Assembly (NCBI GenBank): GCA_963712275.1
Contig: CAVQHD010000001.1
Location: 1,760,001 to 1,824,000 of the forward strand
Source: an uncultured Rhabdochlamydiaceae bacterium
Lineage (GTDB): Bacteria > Chlamydiota > Chlamydiia > Chlamydiales > Rhabdochlamydiaceae
Reading direction: 5' to 3'
DNA: 64,000 nt
A program made the translations under genes and the position numbers. Positions 9,308 to 19,139 of the stretch are shown piece after piece. Position 1 is the stretch's first letter, and every line of letters begins with the position of its first letter. The notes beneath the pieces are model-generated. The model saw only the letters and a program-made list of their open reading frames with translations, did no database searches and was not told the origin of the DNA.

Positions 9308-10102
9308 ATGATGGAAAGTGCTGCTATTATCATTCCTGCCCGCATGGCCTCCACGCGGTTCCCTAATAAGCCGTTGGCCCTGATTAGCGGCAAAACAATG
9401 ATTGAGCGGGTATGGCGTATTGCGAGCGCGGTACCCCAGGCAAGTGAAGTCATTATCGCAACAGATAGCGATGATCTAAGATGCTTTGCAGAAAATTTTG
9501 GAGCAAGTGTGCTGATGACGAGCCCTGAATGTCTGACCGGCACCGACCGTGTGGCAGAAGCATCCCGTCTGCTCGATCAAAAACATCACATCTTTTTTAG
9601 CTTCCAAGGCGATGCAGTGTTGACGCCTCCTTGGGTGATTGAAGCTGTGCTTCATGCAATGCTGTCGGATGCAGCGATTCAAATGGCGACCCCTGCAGTC
9701 CGTCTAACAGGTCAAGCTCTGGCCGATTTTGTTATAGGTAAGCGCGGCGGCAGCTCAAGCGGAACGACTGTGACTTTTGACAAGACGGGAAAAGCCCTTT
9801 ATTTTTCCAAAGCACTCATTCCCTACCACCGAGACGAAAATCATCCGGATAGAACGATTTACCGCCACATTGGCCTCTATGCCTATAGAGCCCCCACTCT
9901 TCAACAATTAAGTCTTTTGCCAGAAGGAACGTTTGAAAAATCGGAAAAACTTGAACAATTGCGGGCTTTGGAAAACGGCATTCCTATTCAAGTGATCCCT
10001 GTCGACTATAGAGGGAGGACGCATGGCTCCGTCGATCGTCCTGAGGACCTTTCGTTTGTCGAAAAGACTATCGAAAGAGAGGGAGAACTTATTAAATTTT
10101 AA
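9308..10102 (+). CDS. kdsB: 3-deoxy-manno-octulosonate cytidylyltransferase
   Basis: IIIPARMASTRFPNKPLA, TGTDRVAEA, HIGLYAYR, EKLEQLRALENG. Confidence 0.96.
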   Translation: MMESAAIIIPARMASTRFPNKPLALISGKTMIERVWRIASAVPQASEVIIATDSDDLRCFAENFGASVLMTSPECLTGTDRVAEASRLLDQKHHIFFSFQGDAVLTPPWVIEAVLHAMLSDAAIQMATPAVRLTGQALADFVIGKRGGSSSGTTVTFDKTGKALYFSKALIPYHRDENHPDRTIYRHIGLYAYRAPTLQQLSLLPEGTFEKSEKLEQLRALENGIPIQVIPVDYRGRTHGSVDRPEDLSFVEKTIEREGELIKF

Positions 10103-10622
10103 TAAAGGGTTGGCCTGGTTTGCCAGGAGCATCCCCTCTTGGAGGCGCGGGCAGCGGTTTGCCCGAAGCGTCTCTTGGAGGACCGGAATCTTGCGTTTCA
10201 CGTCCTTCAATGAGATCTTTGACTTTCTTTCTCCAAAACTCGACTCTTTCAACGAAAATAGGGGCAAATCGTCTGATAGCAGAAGGATCGGCTCCAATGC
10301 CCATTTCAATAACACAGTGCATCAAAATCAATTCTTCATTCACTGCAACCCCAATACCGCCGCCCGCCATCTGGCCGCCTAACATCGACCCTTCTAGGAG
10401 AGATTCATAAAGCTTAAGCCGGATCTGGGAATCCTTGGGAAGTCCATCGAGAATAGGTGAGTAGAGATAAACTCGATCGGAATGAGGCTCGTACGTAATG
10501 TGGAGCGAGAATGTATTATCGATTCCAAGAATACAGGTATGATTCTCATCAAACTGAAGCCCCTCGAGATTCAGCTCCTTACCAAATTCCTTGAGGTTAG
10601 CCTTAGCATTTTCGTACGACAT
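10092..10622 (-). CDS. slc1: Type III secretion chaperone, CesT family (Slc1/CT043-like)
   Basis: HTCILGIDNTFSLHITYE...LLEGSMLGGQMAGGGIGVA..LILMHCV; AGGAGG RBS before the ATG at 10622. Confidence 0.85.
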   Translation of the reverse strand: MSYENAKANLKEFGKELNLEGLQFDENHTCILGIDNTFSLHITYEPHSDRVYLYSPILDGLPKDSQIRLKLYESLLEGSMLGGQMAGGGIGVAVNEELILMHCVIEMGIGADPSAIRRFAPIFVERVEFWRKKVKDLIEGRETQDSGPPRDASGKPLPAPPRGDAPGKPGQPFIKI

Positions 10623-10872
10623 TATAAATCCTCCTGTCCAAATATAAGACATGAGTTTGGCAATTTACGCAAATAATTGCAAATTATTTCTCAGGACTTG
10701 CTTACCCAAATGGAGGTTAGGATACGGATATTTGAAACTTTTGCTCACTCGGGCTTATTTCCATTTCTTCACCACCGAGACACGGAGAGGGATGAGATTG
10801 CACAGAGTGAAGAGTTTCTTTTTTCAAGAGCGGAAAAAAAAATCCCAATCGCGAAACAGGCAAATAAAATAT

Positions 10873-10930
10873 GAAGGGAGCTCGCAAAACTCCGATTTGG
10901 AGGCCAATTCGGAGTTTTGCGAGCTCCTTC
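10873..10930. mobile_element. Short palindromic MITE-like element
   Basis: GGAGCTCGCAAAACTCCGA 10877-10895 perfectly inverted at 10909-10927; flanked by TAT/TAT; shares GCAAAACTCCGATTTGG with the 37001 element. Confidence 0.8.
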
Positions 10931-10946
10931 TATGGACAACCCCTTA

Positions 10947-11096
10947 GAAGCTGTCTTAAAACTCAGGTTTCGTCGCTTTTTGAGCCAATTTTCCCTTTAT
11001 TTGGTGGGGGTAATATCAACTTTCGCATATTACCCCCACCAAATAAAGGGAAAATTGGCTCAAAAAGCGACGAAACCTGAGTTTTAAGACAGCTTC
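10947..11096. mobile_element. Perfect palindromic MITE-like element (GAAGCTGTCTTAAAACTC ends)
   Basis: 71-bp perfect arms 10946-11016/11027-11097; loop CAACTTTCGC; flanking TTA/TTA. Confidence 0.92.
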
Positions 11097-11388
11097 TTAA
11101 TTTTTTCAGTTATAAGATCATCCATGGAAAGCAATGATAAGCCAATGAGTATTTTTTTGCAGAAATCTTTTTTTGCTCCCGCAAAAAAGAAACTCTTCAC
11201 TCTGTGCAATCTCATCCCTCTCCGTGTCTCGGTGGTGAAGAAATAGAAATAAGCCCGAATAAGCAAAAGTTCCAAATATCCGTTCTAATTTCCTATACCC
11301 TAGGTTACATCACTTTCCTCCTTGCCTACCCAAATACAGTTTTGGTATCCTGAGGGCTCACGACTAAGGTTAAATTTCCGGAGGTATT

Positions 11389-12048
11389 ATGAATCGTTGG
11401 AAGTCTGGAGTTGCGGTTTTCGCGCTTCTTTTAGGGGGATGTCAGTACGACCAAACCCTAACAAGTGTGATTGAAAGACCCGCCCTCAAAGGCCGTCCTA
11501 TTGTGGCTCTCTTGCCTGTTGCCGACCTATCGAGACATGACCTCTCTTGGAACGTCTCCCATGAGTTGACAGAGTCGATTCGAAAGCATGTATCAGAGCA
11601 CAACCGTCTCTATCTTATTAGCAAAGATCAAATTGATGAAATCCAACATAAATCGGCACAAAGAGATCCTTTTGGGATTGAAACAGGTTGGGTTAAAAAA
11701 GCCTACCCTCTGAATGAATTTGTCGCCTTCTTTGAGCTTGTGGAACATCGAGAAATTCCTCTCGTCAATGGAGAAGGATCCCCTGCTCAGCTGAGTGTTG
11801 CTATGCGAGTCCGTGTCTTTGATCTTCGCACAGAGCAAGCCACTGTCGTTCTTCAGGAAATCATCGAGCAATCCCACCACATTCCAAAGCAATTTACCCG
11901 CAATCAATTCAACGAGGTTCCCCAAGCCTCTTGGGGAGATGAGATGTTTGAAATTTCTCCACTCGGAATTGCTCATGAGAAATTATGCCAAGAACTGGCA
12001 ACTAGGGTCGAAGATTATATCCTCTTGAATTTTGAAAAAAACTTATGA
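11389..12048 (+). CDS. Chlamydial lipoprotein (CT253-like)
   Basis: Lipobox LGGC; VRVFDLR...VLQEII and SPLGIAH motifs; position in the CT253-259-like block. Confidence 0.75.
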   Translation: MNRWKSGVAVFALLLGGCQYDQTLTSVIERPALKGRPIVALLPVADLSRHDLSWNVSHELTESIRKHVSEHNRLYLISKDQIDEIQHKSAQRDPFGIETGWVKKAYPLNEFVAFFELVEHREIPLVNGEGSPAQLSVAMRVRVFDLRTEQATVVLQEIIEQSHHIPKQFTRNQFNEVPQASWGDEMFEISPLGIAHEKLCQELATRVEDYILLNFEKNL

Positions 12049-12863
12049 CTGAAGGATCTCTTCAATCTATTCTATCCTCTGGATTAATCGCCCTTTTGAG
12101 CAGCGGAATTGCCTATAAATGCGCCTTTTTTAAACGTCCTTTGTTTGAGCGGGCTCCAATTAGACTTTTTCACGTTCTCTCAGTCTTCTCAATTTATTTA
12201 GGCCTTCCCCTGCTTCTACAGCTCGTCTCTTTAAGCCTTTCTTCTCCTGGCTTAATCATGGCTAGGCAATTTTTCATTGTGATATCGATCTTACTGGTTT
12301 TATTTTTTTATATGCAGGCAGATAAAGAAGGAGCTTTTCAAGCTGCCTTTAAAAATCCTCAAAGTCGTTCATCCAGATTCTATGATTTTGGATTAGGGAT
12401 GATGTCTTGGTTAATCGCTTTTCCATGGGTGATTTTGATGGGTCAAATTTGCGATCTTTTGCTATACGTCATGTTTAATTTTGAAAGCTATGAACAAGTC
12501 GCTGTCCGGTACTTAAGGGATAATTTACAGGCAACTTCTCTCATGGTCATTGCGCTCATTTCAATTGTGGTGCTTGCTCCCATCATTGAAGAAATCCTTT
12601 TTCGAGCAACTTTTCAACAATACCTTAAAAAATGGTTGTCAGTTCGGATGTCTATTGTTGCCACCTCTGCTATTTTTGCTTCCTTCCATTTTTCAATTTC
12701 TCAAACCCTTGGCAATCTATCTTTGATTCCCTCTCTTTTAGTTTTTAGCTGCTTTCTAGGGTACGTTTATGAAAGGCAGGGATCGATTTTTGCCTCCATC
12801 GGCCTCCACTGCACATTCAATTTAGTCAGCTCTCTACAAATTTTATTTTTTTCCGAGGCTTAA
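12045..12863 (+). CDS. CPBP/CAAX-family intramembrane glutamic endopeptidase
   Basis: APIIEEILFR, FASFH and SIGLHCTFN motifs. Confidence 0.9.
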   Translation: MTEGSLQSILSSGLIALLSSGIAYKCAFFKRPLFERAPIRLFHVLSVFSIYLGLPLLLQLVSLSLSSPGLIMARQFFIVISILLVLFFYMQADKEGAFQAAFKNPQSRSSRFYDFGLGMMSWLIAFPWVILMGQICDLLLYVMFNFESYEQVAVRYLRDNLQATSLMVIALISIVVLAPIIEEILFRATFQQYLKKWLSVRMSIVATSAIFASFHFSISQTLGNLSLIPSLLVFSCFLGYVYERQGSIFASIGLHCTFNLVSSLQILFFSEA

Positions 12864-12867
12864 GATA

Positions 12868-13614
12868 ATGGTCATTCCTTCGATCGAAAGCTTTGGCGTC
12901 TCTGACATCGGTCTATCAAGAAAAAATAATGAAGACGTGTGGACAGAGCTCTCCGATCACCACTTTTATATTCTAGCCGATGGAATGGGAGGACATCTAG
13001 CAGGCGAAGTTGCCGCCAAAGAAGCTGTTCTTCACTTTTGCGATGCGGTGGACAAATATTTTCGAAGTCCAACTCCTCCTTCTGTTTCCTCGGCTAAGCG
13101 GTATCTTGGAGAAACATTTATCTCTGCAAACTCATGGATCCGCCGCCTAGGGAAAGATTATCCCGATTTGCACGGGATGGGAACCACCCTCTGCTGCCTT
13201 CTCATCCTTGATAGCCGCGTCATTATCGGTCATGTGGGAGATAGCCGCATCTATCGGTTCCGTCAAATGCTCTCTCTCCTCACAACTGACCATTCCCTTG
13301 AGCAAGAGCTTCTCTCAAAGTCGGAAGGAGGGCGCCAAGCCCATTCAAACTCTCATAAACATGTTCTGACCCGTGCCTTAGGAATTTCCCCTGCCATAGA
13401 ACCTGAACTATCTGAAGCCCCCTACCAAGCAGGCGATATTTATCTTCTCTGCAGCGACGGATTGCATGGAGCTCTTTCAGATCGGCAAATTGAATCTTTT
13501 TTTCGAAAATCGACATCTCTTAAAGAGCTCGCTTTGGAGTTGATTGAAGCCGCAAAAAAAGGTGGAGGTCATGATAATATTACACTTCTTCTGATCAGGA
13601 TTGGTGAAGTGTGA
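12868..13614 (+). CDS. PP2C-family Ser/Thr phosphatase
   Basis: RKNNED, ADGMGGH, GMGTT, HVGDSR, LCSDGL, GGHDNIT. Confidence 0.95.
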   Translation: MVIPSIESFGVSDIGLSRKNNEDVWTELSDHHFYILADGMGGHLAGEVAAKEAVLHFCDAVDKYFRSPTPPSVSSAKRYLGETFISANSWIRRLGKDYPDLHGMGTTLCCLLILDSRVIIGHVGDSRIYRFRQMLSLLTTDHSLEQELLSKSEGGRQAHSNSHKHVLTRALGISPAIEPELSEAPYQAGDIYLLCSDGLHGALSDRQIESFFRKSTSLKELALELIEAAKKGGGHDNITLLLIRIGEV

Positions 13615-14753
13615 AAAAAATCTATCTCGACAATAATGGAACAACCGGCCTTGACCCCCGCGTCATCCAGGCAATGGAAGAAGTGCTAACCCCCATCCCA
13701 CTTAACCCTTCAAGCATGCACTACTTTGGGCAGCAAGCCAAGCAATGGCTGACGCGATCCCGCGATACCATTGCACAGCTGCTCCATGTCAAACCACATG
13801 AACTTATTTTCACCTCCGGAGGGACCGAGGCCCTTAACTTCCTTCTACGAGGATTTTATGCGCTCTCACCAGGCTGCCATATCTTAAGCTCTGATGTTGA
13901 ACATCCCGCCGTTCGGCTGACACTTGCGGATTTAGAGCGAATCGGAGCTCAAGTTACCTATCTTCCAGCAGGGCTCTGGGGAGCTGTCCGCCCGGAGCAA
14001 GTCGAAGCAGCCTTGACTCCCAAAACACGTCTCATCACTTTGATGGCTGTGAATAACATCACCGGCGTTAAAACCGATATTGGGACAATCGCTGAGCTGG
14101 CAGAAAGCCGCGGAATCCCTTTCATTGTCGATGGGGTTCAACTTCTTGGGAAAGAACTCTTTCATATCCCACGAGGAGTTACAGGCATGGCTTTTTCATC
14201 TCACAAGGTGCATGGCCCTCAAGGGGTCGGTGTTGCCATGCTCCGCTCCTCCTATAAGCTTCCCGCTCTAATCACAGGAGGATTGCAAGAACAGGGGCGC
14301 CGTGCAGGAACCGAAAATATCCCAGGAATTGTGGGCTTTGCCAAAGCAGCTGAGCTCCTCCCTTCTCTTCTGCCAAAGGCTGCAGAGCAGATGAGCGCCC
14401 TACGTGACCATCTCATCCAAGGACTCTCTCATTCTCTGCAAAATATCGTGGTCCATGGTCAAGGCCCCCGCATCTGCAACACAGCCCACATCGGTTTTCC
14501 TGGAATCGACGCTGAAACCCTGCTGCTTCAGCTCGATCTCGCAGGTATTGCAACAAGCCATGGTTCAGCTTGCTCATCAGGAGGGCTTGAACCTTCTCCC
14601 ATTTTACTTCAGATGGGCATCCCCCTTTCTCTTGCCCGCTCCAGCCTTCGGTTTTCCTTAAGCCGTTTCACCACCCAAGACGACATCGACACCACCATCG
14701 GCATCATCTCAAATTTAATAAATCGTGCGGACGGCAATCGTTTTGGGGCCTAA
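13611..14753 (+). CDS. Cysteine desulfurase (IscS/NifS family)
   Basis: IYLDNNGTT, FTSGGTE, SSHKVHGPQG, GSACSSG. Confidence 0.93.
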   Translation: MKKIYLDNNGTTGLDPRVIQAMEEVLTPIPLNPSSMHYFGQQAKQWLTRSRDTIAQLLHVKPHELIFTSGGTEALNFLLRGFYALSPGCHILSSDVEHPAVRLTLADLERIGAQVTYLPAGLWGAVRPEQVEAALTPKTRLITLMAVNNITGVKTDIGTIAELAESRGIPFIVDGVQLLGKELFHIPRGVTGMAFSSHKVHGPQGVGVAMLRSSYKLPALITGGLQEQGRRAGTENIPGIVGFAKAAELLPSLLPKAAEQMSALRDHLIQGLSHSLQNIVVHGQGPRICNTAHIGFPGIDAETLLLQLDLAGIATSHGSACSSGGLEPSPILLQMGIPLSLARSSLRFSLSRFTTQDDIDTTIGIISNLINRADGNRFGA

Positions 14754-15956
14754 AAGGGACGCCTCTTCCACAGTAAGCTCAAATTGATCGATCCGGACCG
14801 ATTCACCAACGACAGGCACGTGGCCTAGGAGATGCGTCATGAGCTCTTCAAATGTCTCAAGACCGCTTGAGTCTAAATGCACCTGATAGGTTTGATTGAA
14901 CTCGGCGACCTTCTGGTCTCCGGGAAAAGATCGATCAACCACGACATGATGCGACCGCGGAACGATCTCTTCAAATGACATCCATGAATCGGTGAGTCCA
15001 AAGATCTCATCGATGATTTCATCTAGAGTTAAAATCCCTTGCGCAAACCCTTTTTCATCAAGAACGATTGCAACACTTTGATTGTTTCGTCTAAATTGCC
15101 GAAGAATGGTGAGTATCGAATCTTTTTGAGTAATAAACCAGGGGGTCCTGGCATGGTCTCTGATTTTTTTGGTTTCTGGAAGCCGTAGCAAATCGCGAGG
15201 GTATGCAATCGCAATAATATTTGCGGGGTTTTTATGAAAAATAGGAACAAAAGATGAATAGTTAGTACTCAGCTGCTCTCTCATCTCAGAGACCGTACAT
15301 ACAGAAGGAAGAAGAGGAACCTTTTGCAGCGGCTGCATCAAATCTTTTGCTGTCATGTTCCGCAAGGCAAAAATTTGAGCTGAAATGGTATTAAATTCTT
15401 CTTCGTCTTTCTCTTCCAAAATCTTTTGAAGCTCTTCCCGGCTCAAATAGAGTCCTGCCTTTTCTGAAGATCCGATCAGGCGGTGCACCAGCTTGCAAAA
15501 GCCATCAAAGAGCCAAATGAGAGGGCGCAAAAGATAGGAGACAAAGTAGAGAATAGGCACTCCCACCATTGCGACATTTTCAGCATACCGCCGCCCGGCA
15601 AAAAGAGGGGCAATTTCAGCAAAAATAAGAACCACCAGCACCTGCGTTATGGGAGCCAAGTCTGGATTAAGATGAAACGTGTCATAAAGGCGTCTAGATG
15701 CCTCAGAACCAATTTGAAGAGCTGCATTCACACAGATGAGTGTTGTTCCAAAAAGGCGTCCTGGATGGTGTAAAAGGTCATTTAGCCAAATTGCTGGGCG
15801 GTTTCCTTTGCTGACATAGTATTGAAGCCGGACTTTATTAAATGAAACGGAGGCCATCTCAACCATGGCGAAAAAACCCTGAACAATGAGACAGACTAAG
15901 ATCAAGATTAAGAGAAATTCCCATGATTCAGAGGAAGTGGCAGCTTCTTGGCTCAT
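14715..15956 (-). CDS. Hemolysin-family CNNM/CBS-domain protein
   Basis: N-terminal TM DUF21-like region, CBS pair, ILTLDEIIDEIFG. Confidence 0.88.
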   Translation of the reverse strand: MSQEAATSSESWEFLLILILVCLIVQGFFAMVEMASVSFNKVRLQYYVSKGNRPAIWLNDLLHHPGRLFGTTLICVNAALQIGSEASRRLYDTFHLNPDLAPITQVLVVLIFAEIAPLFAGRRYAENVAMVGVPILYFVSYLLRPLIWLFDGFCKLVHRLIGSSEKAGLYLSREELQKILEEKDEEEFNTISAQIFALRNMTAKDLMQPLQKVPLLPSVCTVSEMREQLSTNYSSFVPIFHKNPANIIAIAYPRDLLRLPETKKIRDHARTPWFITQKDSILTILRQFRRNNQSVAIVLDEKGFAQGILTLDEIIDEIFGLTDSWMSFEEIVPRSHHVVVDRSFPGDQKVAEFNQTYQVHLDSSGLETFEELMTHLLGHVPVVGESVRIDQFELTVEEASLLGPKTIAVRTIY

Positions 15957-17188
15957 CTTTTTTTTCTCATACGTCGAATATAGACCCTCCGAACCCGCGT
16001 TGGATCAGCTGCCAGCACATGGAACAGACACTGATCTGTGACCAATTTACTCCCACTTTTTGGAATATCTCCCATTTTTTCTGTCAAATACCCCCCGATT
16101 GTCACCATATTATTTTTAGACACAAATGAAACATCAAAAATTTTCTCCAGCTCAGCAAGTTCCATTTTACCGCTTGCAATGATCACATCATGTCCAGATA
16201 AGGTGTAGAGATTTTTTTCATCACGCCGGTCGGCAATCTCACCAATCACTGTTTCCACAAGATCTTCTAGCGCAATAATACCAGAGATAGAACCATATTC
16301 ATCCACAACAATGGCAAACGATTCTTGTCGATCATAAAACTGTCTCAGGAGAACACGAGCGGGAACTGTTTCTGGCACAAAAAATGGCTTTTCTAAAACA
16401 GATAAAAGGCTCTCAGCTGATTGAATCGATTCTCGATAAAGAAAAAATTGTCGGCTTGTGATCACCCCAATGATTTGATCAAGGCCTGACTTACAAACAG
16501 GAATTCTAGAACACTCCTGATCGACAAATAAGTGGATGAGTCGAGAGAGAGGCTCTTCCATATCAAAATAAAGAACCTCTTCCCTGGGCCGCATCCGCTC
16601 TTTAACCGTCGACTCTTGGAGAGCAAGATATCCGCGAATTAATTCGGCCTCTTCCGCCTGTAAAACACCATACTGCCGAGAGGTCCTAAGTGCATGTTGA
16701 AGTTCATCGATAGAGATTTCCTCTTCCTTGCGCAAAAAGAAAAATAAGATTCTTGAAACGACATTTGTCACAGAGACAAGAGCTTTTCGGATGGGTGAGA
16801 GGAGCCACTCTAAAAACCGGATGACAGGAGCCACTCGATAGGCAATCCTCATATTATTGACAAGCCCAATGGACTTGGGAATCACTTCTCCTAGAACTAA
16901 AGTCAGCATGAGTGGAACGGCAACATTCAAAGCCCAATTAGACTCACCGAATAAAGAAGAAGAGACGTTTTGAATCAAAATATTCACAGCCACATTGATC
17001 ATAATAATCGTGACGAGCAGGTCACGCGGTGATGCGAGAAGAGTTGCAACAAGTTTTTTACGAGGATCGGGGTCGGTTTTATATGCTTTCACCTTAAGGC
17101 TTGATAAAGAAAATAGAGAGGTTTCCGACGCAGAAGAAAAGCCGGAAAAAAAGATCAAGATGACAAGTAATGCAACTAAAGCAATCAT
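15953..17188 (-). CDS. Hemolysin-family CNNM/CBS-domain protein
   Basis: FSSASETSLFSL, GEVIPKS, AIVVDEYGSISGIIALEDLVETVIGEI. Confidence 0.92.
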   Translation of the reverse strand: MIALVALLVILIFFSGFSSASETSLFSLSSLKVKAYKTDPDPRKKLVATLLASPRDLLVTIIMINVAVNILIQNVSSSLFGESNWALNVAVPLMLTLVLGEVIPKSIGLVNNMRIAYRVAPVIRFLEWLLSPIRKALVSVTNVVSRILFFFLRKEEEISIDELQHALRTSRQYGVLQAEEAELIRGYLALQESTVKERMRPREEVLYFDMEEPLSRLIHLFVDQECSRIPVCKSGLDQIIGVITSRQFFLYRESIQSAESLLSVLEKPFFVPETVPARVLLRQFYDRQESFAIVVDEYGSISGIIALEDLVETVIGEIADRRDEKNLYTLSGHDVIIASGKMELAELEKIFDVSFVSKNNMVTIGGYLTEKMGDIPKSGSKLVTDQCLFHVLAADPTRVRRVYIRRMRKKR

Positions 17189-17197
17189 TCTAAAGTT

Positions 17198-17524
17198 TTA
17201 AGGATAAAAATAAACCTTCTCTTCCCCTTCATGAACCATTCCTAAGTTTCGCTTTAAGATCATTTCTATCCATGCAGGATCCGACTGGCTTTGAATTTGA
17301 AGCAGCAGTTCATCTCGATGGGAGGCCGCTCGGGCTTTTTCTTCCTCAAGCAAGTGAAGCTGGTCAGCCATTTCGCGGTAAGAAGCCTCTTTTTGCCGCA
17401 TTGCCTGAAGATAGATAAACACCCCAGAGCCAATGAATAACAAAAACCACCCTGACCGCTGAAACCACCGTCTATGAGAGTGAAAAGTGGATGATTTAAG
17501 GTCTCTTGCCATCTTAGATGCCAT
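17198..17524 (-). CDS. Septum-formation-initiator (FtsB/FtsL)-like bitopic coiled-coil protein
   Basis: Single TM segment, coiled coil, DPAWIEMILKRNLGMV. Confidence 0.65.
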   Translation of the reverse strand: MASKMARDLKSSTFHSHRRWFQRSGWFLLFIGSGVFIYLQAMRQKEASYREMADQLHLLEEEKARAASHRDELLLQIQSQSDPAWIEMILKRNLGMVHEGEEKVYFYP

Positions 17525-17537
17525 TCTATGATTAATC

Positions 17538-18278
17538 TTAGTAAATTGATAGAAGATCTTCTCGAGTTAAACGACTTTTATCTGCGAGATTCAAATCTAA
17601 AATAATGCGCCCCTTATTCATTGCAATGAGACGATTTCCATATTGCAATGCATCCTCAAGATGGTGTGTTGCGACAATCGTTGTAACTTGTCTTAATCTG
17701 ACAACTTCGTTTGTTAAATGCATCAACTTCTGGGACATCGGTGGATCTAAAGCGCTTGTATGCTCATCCAGAAGGAGCAGCTGAGGAGCACCCCAAAGGC
17801 TCATTGCAAAAGCAAGTGTTTGCCTTTCTCCCCCAGAAAGAGTCGTAATAGGCTCATGTAATCGATCGCACAATTTAGGATTGTATCCCTCTAAATAAGA
17901 CCGAATGATGTCACACTCTTTTTTAATCGAGATAGAAAGCGAAGTCCGTTGATTTCGATGCATAGCTATCAAACAATTCTCCAAGACAGTCAGCTGTGAA
18001 AACGTCGATAAGTTGAGGTCCTGAGTCAGAGTCACAATCTCTTGCGCTCGCTTATTGATGGGATGCGAGAGCAAGCACCTACCCTTAAAAGATATCTCCC
18101 CCGAAGTTGGCTTACAAAGACCATTAATAGCTCTGATCAAAGAGCTTTTTCCCGAGCCATTACCTCCAAGTAAAATAATAAAATCTCCAGGAAGCACCTC
18201 GAGTGAAAGTTCATCGAGGATCGGCTGCTGTTTAGACGCGATGTTCAGATTGATTTTTTTAAGAGCTAATAAAGTCAT
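17538..18278 (-). CDS. ABC transporter ATP-binding protein
   Basis: GGNGSGKSS, LSGGERQ, LLLLDEHTSALDP. Confidence 0.93.
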   Translation of the reverse strand: MTLLALKKINLNIASKQQPILDELSLEVLPGDFIILLGGNGSGKSSLIRAINGLCKPTSGEISFKGRCLLSHPINKRAQEIVTLTQDLNLSTFSQLTVLENCLIAMHRNQRTSLSISIKKECDIIRSYLEGYNPKLCDRLHEPITTLSGGERQTLAFAMSLWGAPQLLLLDEHTSALDPPMSQKLMHLTNEVVRLRQVTTIVATHHLEDALQYGNRLIAMNKGRIILDLNLADKSRLTREDLLSIY

Positions 18279-19134
18279 ACGCTGTTTTTTCCTTCGTCAT
18301 CGCTAAGAATCCGACCAAACACAAACCTATCATCATACGTAAGTAGATGGGATCCAGTCCCAACGAGATTAAACTGTTAACAAGGGCAAAGTAGACAAAA
18401 ACACCTACAAAGCAAAAAGAGAGTTGAATCACTTTGGGCATATAAAAATGCCGAGAAAACTGCTGGCCAATGATCACAGTCCCTAAAGCGATGAGAATAA
18501 TTCCTGTTCCCATTCCAATGTCTGCATAACCACTTGCTTGAGCTGTCAGGGCTCCACAAAACCCAACAAGTCCATTGCTTAAAGATAGTCCCACCATTCG
18601 ATAAACCCTTGCATTTTTCCCACATAGGTTCAATAAAGTTGCATTATTCCCAAAAGCATAAAGCATCAACCCTAGGCGGGACATCAATAGAAAACCCACC
18701 CCCAGAATCAAAACAAAAGCAAGAGCCGTAAGCATGATTATTTTAATCCCCCCTGCTGAAAAAGAGACATAGCCAACAGTGACTGAAAAGATCGAAGGAG
18801 AGTCGAAAAGGGAAAGATTGGGCCTTCCCATCAGTTTGAGCGTCACTGTATTGAGAATGAAAACAAGTAAAATCCCTGCAATCAAAGGATTGAGCCGAAA
18901 ATAGGTTTGTAAACAACTCACAGCCATCCCCGCAACACCCCCGGCTCCAGTTGCAAATAGCATCGCCATAAAAGGGTTTATTCCTCCCTGTACGCTTATT
19001 GCAAATATAGCAGCTCCCAAGACAAAGCTGCCATCCGTCGTGAGGTCAGGCATCCGAAGGACGACATAACTCATATAGACCCCAATAGCAAGGGGGAGAA
19101 AAAGTAAGCTTTGTTCTAGAATACTTAGCAACAT
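18259..19134 (-). CDS. ABC transporter permease (putative aromatic amino acid/tryptophan)
   Basis: PDLTTDGSFVLG, MGRPNLSL, GYADIGMGTG. Confidence 0.88.
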   Translation of the reverse strand: MLLSILEQSLLFLPLAIGVYMSYVVLRMPDLTTDGSFVLGAAIFAISVQGGINPFMAMLFATGAGGVAGMAVSCLQTYFRLNPLIAGILLVFILNTVTLKLMGRPNLSLFDSPSIFSVTVGYVSFSAGGIKIIMLTALAFVLILGVGFLLMSRLGLMLYAFGNNATLLNLCGKNARVYRMVGLSLSNGLVGFCGALTAQASGYADIGMGTGIILIALGTVIIGQQFSRHFYMPKVIQLSFCFVGVFVYFALVNSLISLGLDPIYLRMMIGLCLVGFLAMTKEKTAYDFISS

Positions 19135-19139
19135 AAACG

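Larger units (their letters stand above)
10724..11283. repeat. Large inverted repeat (about 120-bp arms, 10724-10843 and 11164-11283) enclosing two nested palindromic elements
   Basis: 62-bp perfect core 10763-10824/11183-11244 (TTCACCACCGAGACACGGAGAGGGATGAGATTGCACAGAG...). Confidence 0.9.

Noticed and set aside
10946..11097. Hairpin telomere or protelomerase site, or a read fold-back artefact
   Set aside because: Each palindrome has an asymmetric conserved loop, unique flanks and short direct repeats; there are multiple copies and no resolvase gene.
10651..11275. Paired ORFs sharing FFTTETRRGMRLHRVKSFFF
   Set aside because: They are translations of the two arms of the outer inverted repeat.
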